Source of the DNA: Moritella sp. PE36
GTDB taxonomy: Bacteria; Pseudomonadota; Gammaproteobacteria; Enterobacterales; Moritellaceae
Direction of reading: 5' to 3'
Length of the DNA stretch: 32,000 nt
Assembly: GCF_000170855.1 (NCBI RefSeq)
Contig: NZ_ABCQ01000035.1
Location: forward strand, 1 to 32,000
A program made the translations under genes and the position numbers. Each line of letters opens with the position of its first letter. Within the stretch, counting starts at the first letter, position 1. This document shows, one piece after another, positions 16,671 through 24,461 of the stretch. The notes beneath the pieces are model-generated. The model had not been told where the DNA came from and did not search any database. It saw only the letters and a list, made by a program, of their open reading frames with translations.

Positions 16671-16972
16671 GTGATAACTCATTCACAGGCTGTTAATGCT
16701 ACTTTTCGATACCCGAATTTATGCGAGGTGAAGAGTGTTGCTAAGTGTCAGCTAAGCTCCGTTTCTCCCAAAACCGAGCTTTGCGCAAGACTTGCTGGTT
16801 TTTGAACTGCCGCTATTTCAGGTTCGCTTTCGGTGAACGTGTACTTTAGAAGCTATCTCGCTTTCGCCTCAAAATCGACTTAGAAATCGATTTTGGAAGA
16901 GCCTACATTAATGATTGCTTACCACCCCCTTCGGCAGCCCATTGGTCGCTAACGGACCCGAAGCGGACACTG

Positions 16973-18181
16973 TTATTTTTTAACTAGTGAGGGGACTATT
17001 TTTATGAGATCTGTTCCTCGGATTTGGATGCCGTCTTCAGTCACCGCTGTAAGCTCGACAGTGTATTCTCCTTGTTCAATCATAAATTTCGAGGTTTCAA
17101 TGCCGCAAACCAAATCCATAAAACCATCACGGTTGACATCTCTTTCTTGGCACATATAATTCCTGCCAGCAAGCCTTACGTTAGCTCCCGACAGCCATAT
17201 AGTTTCCTCATCGATTGTTAGCGCATCAAAGGTTTGGGAACTCAGAATAGCGAGGTGGGTCACCCCAGCCGAATTGAGGTTGATCGTATTTTTCCTATTG
17301 CCGGGCTTCAGATCTATCGTCACTTTAATTGCTGTGGGAATTTGTAACGCGATCCCCCACGGTGTATCTAATCCGCTGGTAACGAGATCTTCTATTAAGG
17401 TACCATCAAAATTTGCCCTTTGAATCTTGTTATCGTTATTGTTGGTCCAGTAAATTTTTCTGTCCTTAAGGTCGAGTGCAATTCCAATCGCTCCACTGAA
17501 CTGAAACTCCGGATTAGCATCTGTACCGTCTAACTTAGCACTCCAAATCCAGTTACCTTGTGCCTAATACATCCTTCCGCGCGGTACATCCAGAGCGATA
17601 CCTTGCGGAAAACTTTGCCCTGAAACAAGGTCTTCTAACTCTGAACCGTCCAAATTGGCACGCTGTATCTTATCCGTAAGCGTGTCCGTCCAGTAAATTT
17701 TTCCAGCATTAATATTGATGGCAAGTCCACGCGGGTCTCCCAAGCCAGTAACTATATCTTCAATGTTCGAGCCATCTAGATTTGATCGCTGAATTTTGTT
17801 CGTGACTCCATCAGTCCAGTAGATCTTTCCAGCCATAAGATTCAAAGCAATACCCGAAGGACCCGGTAGTCCATGGACCAGGCTGTTCTCGACATTACTC
17901 CCATCAAGGTTCGCGCGACGGATACTTCCGATGTCGGTCCAGTATACCTTGCCTCCTGCGATGTCCAGTGCAATATAACGAGGATTTAGGCTTGGTGGAG
18001 TGACTAGAAGTTTGACGTTACTGCCGTCCAAATTGGCTCGTAGAACTTTCGCTACCGCATTTCCTGAATTATTAGAATCAGAGAAATATATCTTTCCAGT
18101 TGAAGCCGAAAATGTAAATCCGCTTATTAAAGTGCTAACCAAAATAAGTGTCGGAAGTATACCTAACGCTTTCATTTTCAT
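16973..18181 (-). pseudogene. secreted six-bladed YWTD (LDL-receptor class B-like) beta-propeller protein, interrupted by one in-frame TAG
   Basis: Signal peptide MKMKALGILPTLILVSTLISGFTFSA. Blade motifs YFSD, YWTD, YWTD, YWTD, Y*AQ, YWTN, each followed by (I/K)(Q/R)RANLDGS. ORFs 17564..18181 and 16973..17323 are in the same frame, and 17324-17563 is open in that frame. The only stop is TAG at 17564-17566, at the Trp position of blade 5. Confidence 0.8.
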
Positions 18182-18753
18182 GGTGAAACCCTCTAGTGCA
18201 TGTGTGTTTTACTTATACACTACAAGTAAAGTGTATAAGTAAAATCGGCCTCGGATTTACATTCAGTCCAATATGCTTTTTCAGCTTGCTATGGACTGAG
18301 TATCTATCAAATGATAGTTCATACACACATTTATATTATGGTTATCAGCAAGGTTTAATAGTTCCGGAAATAATTAGAAAAGATAGGCATCTAAAAAGCA
18401 TGAGTTAAGTCGTCGGGCGAAATGTGACGCTTATTAAAGATAACTGTGGGGACTCTCGTGTTATTCGCTCAGATCAAGATTACGAAATATTGATACTGCC
18501 AAATAGTCTTTGTTTCAAGCCTAGATGTAACTTAGTTAATTGAAAATAAACAATTTAATTTTTATGTGTCTATTTACACGGGTTACACGGGTCCGTATAA
18601 ATAGGGTTCTTGTTTACGTTCTGATTTTATTTGATAGAGACCCATTATTTTTCCATATCCATTTGTAATTAATGATAAATTTGATAGTGTTGATGGTAAT
18701 TAAATTGAAACGGAATTCCGTGTAATTAAACTTTATACCTCTGGGGGTAATTC

Positions 18754-19173
18754 GTGACGCAAATTGAACATTTAAATATCACTGTTCCAAATATAGATGA
18801 AGCGATAAAGTTCATTCAGATAGTCGCTCCGGATTTCAAGGTAAGAAAGGATGAAAAACCACTTTCCAGTTATCGTTGGGCTCATATAGGTAATGATGAA
18901 TATTATTTTGCTCTTCAAGAACCACATATAGGCTCAGAAGCAGATAAGCCACGAAAAACATATAAGAATTATGGTGTTAACCATATTGCTCTTGTCGTTG
19001 ATGATATTTCAAAAATTGAAAATGAGTTAGTAAAAGCTGGATATAAACGGAGTATTGAAACTCCTACAGAGAAATACCGTAAGAGATTGTATTTCTTTGA
19101 TAATTTCGGCTTCGAGTGGGAATTGGTTGAATACACCTCCGAGAATCCTAGCGAAAAATATTTATATGAATAA
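18754..19173 (+). CDS. VOC family (glyoxalase/bleomycin-resistance/dioxygenase fold) protein; cassette-like
   Basis: 139 aa. IEHLNITVPNIDEAIKF... and GVNHIALVVDDISKIENELVKAGY...YFFDNFGFEWELVEY are typical VOC half-domains. GTG start. An attC-like site begins 3 nt after the stop. Confidence 0.75.
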   Translation: MTQIEHLNITVPNIDEAIKFIQIVAPDFKVRKDEKPLSSYRWAHIGNDEYYFALQEPHIGSEADKPRKTYKNYGVNHIALVVDDISKIENELVKAGYKRSIETPTEKYRKRLYFFDNFGFEWELVEYTSENPSEKYLYE

Positions 19174-19175
19174 AA

Positions 19176-19227
19176 ATATAGCAAGCGCCTGTAATCTGAC
19201 TTCCGTCAGTTGAGGCGGACGTTATAA
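19176..19227 (+). other. short attC-like site (~52 bp)
   Basis: ATATAGCAAGCGCCTGTAATCTGAC-TTCC-GTCAGTTGAGGCGGACGTTATAA. The arms pair imperfectly (ATAgCaagCGCCTgtaatCTGAC vs the reverse complement ATAaCgtcCGCCTcaaCTGAC). It ends in the canonical core GTTATAA (19221-19227); the inverse core is ATATAGC versus an ideal TTATAAC. Confidence 0.5.
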
Positions 19228-19239
19228 CTTTCGCATTTA

Positions 19240-19539
19240 ATGGCGTTTACGAAATGGATATTCAATCAATTCACAAAGCGTCATGTCATTGTTGCTTCAA
19301 TACCACTTGATGGTATAAAAGTTATTAAAGGCTCTGAATTGTTGAGCTTGTATCAATTTAATACGAAAACAGCGAAACACTATTTTTGTTCTAAATGTGG
19401 CATTTACACTCATCATCAAAGGCGTTCAAACCCACAACAATATGGTTTTAATGTCGCTTGCTTAGAAGGTGTTAATCCCTTAACGCTAGAAAATGTTCCA
19501 ACATATGACGGTGTTAACCACCCAGTAGATCGTATGTAA
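19240..19539 (+). CDS. GFA (glutathione-dependent formaldehyde-activating/CENP-V-like) family protein, apparently N-terminally truncated
   Basis: LSLYQFNTKTAKHYFCSKCGIYTHH...YGFNVACLEGVNP...PTYDGVNHP matches the C-terminal two-thirds of GFA-family proteins. The N-terminal Cys-rich zinc-ligand region (CxC...CxCxxC) is absent. An in-frame TAA at 19225-19227 inside the upstream attC-like core prevents extension. Confidence 0.65.
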   Translation: MAFTKWIFNQFTKRHVIVASIPLDGIKVIKGSELLSLYQFNTKTAKHYFCSKCGIYTHHQRRSNPQQYGFNVACLEGVNPLTLENVPTYDGVNHPVDRM

Positions 19540-19542
19540 AAG

Positions 19543-19644
19543 TTATAACCAGGCGTTTAAACGGCACAAAACAGTTGACTCTTTCCCGCTTCGCTACACC
19601 GTTATAGCCAACAATTATCTGCCGCTTAAACGGATGCGTTACTT
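19543..19644 (+). other. attC-like site (~102 bp)
   Basis: Inverse core TTATAAC (19543-19549), 4 nt after the GFA stop. The 5' arm AACCAGGCGTTTAAACGGCA pairs with the 3' arm TGCCGCTTAAACGGATGCGTT. Ends GTTACTT (19638-19644). Confidence 0.6.
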
Positions 19645-19791
19645 AGCTCTTGGAACGTTACGTCGAATAAAACTCGGTCTATTCAGGGATTTAATGACAT
19701 TACCGCAGGTGTAGAACGATTTAACTAACTTAACAGGGCATAAATACGCTAAAATAGCCGGCTATTATCTTATTTTGAGCTCTATATATTA

Positions 19792-21066
19792 ATGACCACT
19801 GTAACAGCACCTGCAAACTTTACTGAACTTGGCCTTATTTCACCTTTATTAACTCGATTGACTGAGATGGAATATCTGCAGCCAACGCCAATTCAAGCAC
19901 AAGCTATCCCAAGTGTATTAGCGGGACGTGACTTAATTGCAGGGGCTAATACCGGCTCGGGTAAAACAGCTGCATTTGCACTGCCATTATTGCAGCAACT
20001 ACATACTGAAAAACAATTGAGTGACACCAGCAGCAAAGGTAACTATGTTACTGGACTAATTTTGGTGCCTACCCGTGAACTCGCTATACAAGTTGCTGAC
20101 AGCATTAAATCTTACGCAGCACATTTAAACGGCGCGATTAAAACGCTTGCTGTTTTTGGTGGTGTATCTGCGAATACGCAAATGCTCGCATTACGCGGCG
20201 GCACAGATATTTTGGTTGCAACGCCTGGTCGATTACTCGATTTGATTTCAAGCAATGCGATTAAGCTCGATAGAGTTAAAACCTTAGTGCTAGATGAAGC
20301 CGATCGCATGTTAAGCCTCGGTTTTACTGAAGAGCTATCTGCGCTATTGGCATTAACGCCAAAGCAAAAACAAATTTTATTATTTTCAGCAACTTTTCCT
20401 GAGCAAGTTCAAGCTTTAACTCAAGAATTGCTAAATGACCCTGTTGAAATTCAATTGCAAAGTGCAGATGCCAGTACCTTAGTACAGCGCGTATTTACTG
20501 TTACTAAAGGCGAGAAAACAGCCTTGTTAGCGCATTTGATCAAACGACATGAATGGCGACAAGTGCTTATTTTTGTTAATTCTAAACACAGCTGTAATCA
20601 CTTAGCGGACAAACTTGCTAAACGTGGCATTACCTCGCAAGTGTTTCATGGCGATAAAGGTCAGAGCGCTCGTATTCGTACACTTGACGGCTTTAAAGCT
20701 GGCCAGGTTCACGTACTAATCGCAACCGATATTGCTGCACGTGGTATCGATATTGAAAAACTACCTGTCGTGATCAACTTTGACTTACCAAGAAGCCCAT
20801 CAGACTACATGCACCGTATTGGTCGAAGTGGCCGTGCTGGTGAAGTTGGCTTGGCGTTATCGCTTATCGATCATGAAGATTATCATCATTTCAGCACCAT
20901 CGAAAAGAAGAACAAGATCCGACTTGAGCGTGAGCAAGAAGTAGGGTTTGAAGTCGATGACGCTGTCGAAGCATATATACCGATGGCGCCACCTGAAGGC
21001 AGCGGTAAGAAAAAGCGTAAAAATAAAGCGCCTGTGAATGCTGATATCTGGTTGAATAAATCTTGA
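19792..21066 (+). CDS. ATP-dependent DEAD-box RNA helicase (RhlE-like)
   Basis: 424 aa. YLQPTPIQ, ANTGSGKT, PTRELA, VLDEAD, SAT, ARGIDI, HRIGRSGRAG, and a Lys-rich tail. Confidence 0.9.
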   Translation: MTTVTAPANFTELGLISPLLTRLTEMEYLQPTPIQAQAIPSVLAGRDLIAGANTGSGKTAAFALPLLQQLHTEKQLSDTSSKGNYVTGLILVPTRELAIQVADSIKSYAAHLNGAIKTLAVFGGVSANTQMLALRGGTDILVATPGRLLDLISSNAIKLDRVKTLVLDEADRMLSLGFTEELSALLALTPKQKQILLFSATFPEQVQALTQELLNDPVEIQLQSADASTLVQRVFTVTKGEKTALLAHLIKRHEWRQVLIFVNSKHSCNHLADKLAKRGITSQVFHGDKGQSARIRTLDGFKAGQVHVLIATDIAARGIDIEKLPVVINFDLPRSPSDYMHRIGRSGRAGEVGLALSLIDHEDYHHFSTIEKKNKIRLEREQEVGFEVDDAVEAYIPMAPPEGSGKKKRKNKAPVNADIWLNKS

Positions 21067-21177
21067 TAGCAATCAGAATAAATAGATAATCACTCTTTCT
21101 GGTTTAAACCTGAATAAAAGATAAATCTACCCTTATAAAAAGTGGGTGTTGAGAAGTTCGACCTCACTATTTACTAT

Positions 21178-21212
21178 AAAAAAACCACCGAGCATAGCAG
21201 GGTGGTTTTTTT
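21178..21212. terminator. bidirectional rho-independent terminator (helicase / glgA convergent)
   Basis: AAAAAAA-CCACC-GAGCATAGCAG-GGTGG-TTTTTTT: an A7 run on one side and a T7 run on the other, between the 21066 (+) and 21246 (-) gene ends. Confidence 0.75.
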
Positions 21213-21245
21213 ATATAATCAGCCTAGTCGTGTTTATATAACCGT

Positions 21246-22814
21246 CTAAGCAGGTGTATATAATAAGTCTAGATACTGTTTGGTGCTTTCGTGCCAGCTA
21301 AAACGGGCTGATTTTGCATTGTCTGCAATTTTGGCCCATGTCTTCGGTTTTTTCGCATGCAGTTTAATTGCATCGTTAAAAGCGGTAATCAAATTATCAC
21401 TTTGTTCTGGTAACGATGAACCGTTAAAGCTAAAGCCATTCTCTAAATGCTGAACCGTATCTTTTAAACCGCCAACTGCATGCACTAAACAAGGTTGCCC
21501 ATCACGCATTGCTAGCATTTGGCTAATACCGCAAGGTTCAAATGAACTTGGCATTAAGAATAGATCGCCATGTAGATATATTTGATCGGATAACGCTTGG
21601 CCATAACCGTTCAAGAATAAGAAATTGTCATGACTTGCCATTAACTGCATGAATTCAAATTCGATTTGCGTATCACCAGAACCAAGAATAATCATCCGAC
21701 CATTCACTCTCGCAAGATCATCAAGTAATACCGCCAGTACCGTTTTACCCTGATAAGGCTGACGTAATAATAGTGCTTTTTGATCGGTTAAACGGCCAAT
21801 GCTGGTTACTAAGAAATCAGTAAATGGTGCCTGGCTATGCCAGTTATTGATCTGTTCATTAGCTAGGTAATGTACTGTTTTCAATTGCGCCGATTGTGCT
21901 AACCAACGTTTTACTTGTTGTTGTGCAGGTACCAAAAAATTACTCAGTGCTGGTGTTTTAGTGCGTTTATTTGATACTGACTCTGTGTATTCACAGCCAT
22001 TTAAAATACCGACTAAGCGACCTTGCTGTTTTGCTGCTGCTAAGTCTTTCTCTAGACCTTCGCCACCAAAGAAACCGTTATGCGCATCGCTGGCATGTAA
22101 TACTTCGTCTGCATATGTTGGTGATACTACATGGACTTTGTTACAAAGATTAATACCAGCACGCATCGGGTTATAACAATGAGTATAACGCGGGTCGGCA
22201 ATAACACTCTGATCAAAGTTAAGGGTAGGGAACCAGTGGCGTAAACTTGATTCATCGTCTGCAATCGGGCGGATACCTTGCAAGGCAATGTTATGCACAG
22301 TGTAGACTGAGTGAATGTTAGCAAGTTCTTTATATTGCGGCGCGTATTGGTTTAGTACCGCGATTGTTGCACTGTGCCAGTCGTGTAAATGTAATACATC
22401 AGGCCGGGTTAATTCTGACTCGATAAGAAGTTGGCATACGGCAAGGTTGAATAAAGCGTATTTGGTTGCGTCAGTGGCAAAAGGGCGATTACCTTCATCG
22501 TGACTATAAACATGACCACCTTGACCAAATAGCGGATGTTGTACTACAAATTGGCGGACTTTATTTGGCGTTTCAGGAAAGAACAGTTCGAACAAAGTAA
22601 CTGTTTCTGTTTGGCCGGCAAACTCAACATTGACTCTGGCCAGTTGACGAGACTCAAACTTTGTCGCGTACTGACCATAATCAGGGATCACAACATCAAC
22701 ACTTACATCATGGTGAGGTAAGGCTTTTGGTAAATCCCGAACGACGTCAGCAACGCCACCAACTTTAGCACCTGGTATCGCATCATTTTCGGCTGCTATC
22801 ATTAAAACGTGCAT
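21246..22814 (-). CDS. glgA: glycogen synthase (GT5, ADP-glucose type)
   Basis: MHVLMIAAENDAIPGAKVGGVADVV carries the KVGG(L/V)ADVV signature. C-terminal ...PSSFEPCGISQMLAMRDGQPCLVHAVGGLKDTV. Start at ATG 22814 with AAGGA upstream; the track start 22898 adds 28 low-complexity codons. Confidence 0.9.
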   Translation of the reverse strand: MHVLMIAAENDAIPGAKVGGVADVVRDLPKALPHHDVSVDVVIPDYGQYATKFESRQLARVNVEFAGQTETVTLFELFFPETPNKVRQFVVQHPLFGQGGHVYSHDEGNRPFATDATKYALFNLAVCQLLIESELTRPDVLHLHDWHSATIAVLNQYAPQYKELANIHSVYTVHNIALQGIRPIADDESSLRHWFPTLNFDQSVIADPRYTHCYNPMRAGINLCNKVHVVSPTYADEVLHASDAHNGFFGGEGLEKDLAAAKQQGRLVGILNGCEYTESVSNKRTKTPALSNFLVPAQQQVKRWLAQSAQLKTVHYLANEQINNWHSQAPFTDFLVTSIGRLTDQKALLLRQPYQGKTVLAVLLDDLARVNGRMIILGSGDTQIEFEFMQLMASHDNFLFLNGYGQALSDQIYLHGDLFLMPSSFEPCGISQMLAMRDGQPCLVHAVGGLKDTVQHLENGFSFNGSSLPEQSDNLITAFNDAIKLHAKKPKTWAKIADNAKSARFSWHESTKQYLDLLYTPA

Positions 22815-22879
22815 GAATAAATTGTCCTTAAAGCAGAATATTAAAGTTGTGTTATTAGAAATAGTTGTGAAATTAAAGT

Positions 22880-22926
22880 TATAAAACAAAAATAGCAATA
22901 AGTCACTTAGTTAAGTGACTTATTGC
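22880..22926 (-). terminator. intrinsic terminator-like hairpin between glgC and glgA
   Basis: On the minus strand: GCAATAAGTCACTTA-AC-TAAGTGACTTATTGC (15-bp perfect arms, 22895-22926) followed directly by TATTTTTGTTTTAT. It lies 42 nt after the glgC stop and about 66 nt before the glgA ATG. Confidence 0.6.
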
Positions 22927-22967
22927 TTTAGATTATTATTGATAGATCACAGTTTATCAGTTATCGA

Positions 22968-24284
22968 TTAAACGAGTTCTGCAGTTTGTTTAGCGGCTTT
23001 TTCTAGTGCTGCTTTAGCGTCTTTTTCTGCCATTCTCTTCAGCATATCCGATGTTACCAATGTGATACCTTTTGGCGAAACTCGGAAACCATTAGCTAGA
23101 TCTTGTGCTTTATCGTGACCGACGATTAAACCAGCTGGTATGACACATTTGCTGTCAACGATAGTACGACGTAATTGACAATGTTCACCGATATCGGCCC
23201 CCGGTAATATTACCGACTCTTCAATTGTTGAGTATGAATGAACATGTACGTTCGAAAATAGCAGAGATTTACGGATTGTAGAACCAGAAATAATACAACC
23301 ACCAGAAACGGTCGAATCAACAGCCATGCCGCGACGTTCATCATTGTCAAAAACAAATTTAGCGGGTGGTAGTTGCTCTTGGTATGTCCAAATCGGCCAG
23401 TTTGAATCATAAAGGTTAAGCTGTGGTTCTGGTGTCACTAATTCCATATTCGCTTCCCAGAATGAATCCAGCGTACCTACATCGCGCCAGTACGGTTGTT
23501 GATCACTATCTGGATCGCTGAATGGGAATGCAAATACTTGATGATCTTCAATGATGGCAGGAATGATGTCATTACCAAAATCACGGTCTGATGTGGTACG
23601 TGTCGCATCTTTTTCTAGTTGATCAAATAAGAACTCAGTATTAAATACATAGTTGCCCATTGATGCTAAACACTGTCCTGGTTTACCTGGGATCTCATTT
23701 GGTTGTGCTGGTTTTTCGTCGAAACGTTTAACACGGTTATCTTGGTCTACTGTCATTACCCCAAACTGACCAGCCGCTTCTTCTGTCGGCACTTCGATAC
23801 AACATACCGTCATGTCAGCACCATTTTCTACGTGTTTAGCAAGCAGATCACCGTAATCCATACGATATACGTGATCACCAGACAAGATCATCACGTATTT
23901 TGGCATTTCCGCACGGATGATATCGATGTTTTGGAATACTGCATCTGCCGTACCTGAATACCAATCGTTACCGTAACGTTGTGATGCCGGTAAGATCTCG
24001 ACAGACTCAGACAATTCTTTCTTGAAGTGTCCCCAACCACGGTTTACGTGACGAATTAGTGAATGTGATTTGTACTGCGTTGCAATACCCACGCGGCGGA
24101 TCCCAGAGTTAATGCAATTAGATAATGGGAAATCGATAATGCGGAATTTACCACCGAAAAATACAGCTGGTTTTGCGCGCCAATCAGTTAACTCATGTAA
24201 ACGACTACCTCTGCCACCTGCAAGAATCAGGGCATAAGTATCTTTAGTTAAGTTACTAATATAACGATGTGTACCTTTTGACAT
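22968..24284 (-). CDS. glgC: glucose-1-phosphate adenylyltransferase
   Basis: 438 aa. [44 protein letters not shown] and later ...WYSGTADAV..., [11 protein letters not shown]: canonical ADP-glucose pyrophosphorylase. GGAG SD. Confidence 0.92.
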   Translation of the reverse strand: MSKGTHRYISNLTKDTYALILAGGRGSRLHELTDWRAKPAVFFGGKFRIIDFPLSNCINSGIRRVGIATQYKSHSLIRHVNRGWGHFKKELSESVEILPASQRYGNDWYSGTADAVFQNIDIIRAEMPKYVMILSGDHVYRMDYGDLLAKHVENGADMTVCCIEVPTEEAAGQFGVMTVDQDNRVKRFDEKPAQPNEIPGKPGQCLASMGNYVFNTEFLFDQLEKDATRTTSDRDFGNDIIPAIIEDHQVFAFPFSDPDSDQQPYWRDVGTLDSFWEANMELVTPEPQLNLYDSNWPIWTYQEQLPPAKFVFDNDERRGMAVDSTVSGGCIISGSTIRKSLLFSNVHVHSYSTIEESVILPGADIGEHCQLRRTIVDSKCVIPAGLIVGHDKAQDLANGFRVSPKGITLVTSDMLKRMAEKDAKAALEKAAKQTAELV

Positions 24285-24461
24285 ATTACTTCTCCATAAG
24301 CTTTTGTCGAAATTCGGTTTAATTATTTACCCTTGAAATGAATTAATGCTTTATCAGCAAGTAAGCGTAATCAAGGGCCTAAATAAATGGTTAACATTAT
24401 TTTTATAAAACATCTGTCTTACAAACACTTTGTGATAAATACTCTGTTATAAATAACAGCA

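Noticed and set aside
17564-17566. The TAG in the YWTD gene as a programmed recoding site (pyrrolysine or suppressor read-through)
   Set aside because: No pyl genes or suppressor tRNA are in the window, and gammaproteobacteria are not known to use Pyl. The codon replaces a conserved Trp by a single transition, so a nonsense mutation or a sequencing error is the simpler explanation.
18196-18408. 70-aa + strand ORF upstream of the YWTD gene
   Set aside because: It lies in the promoter region of the minus-strand gene and has no SD, an odd composition and no domain. It is likely spurious.
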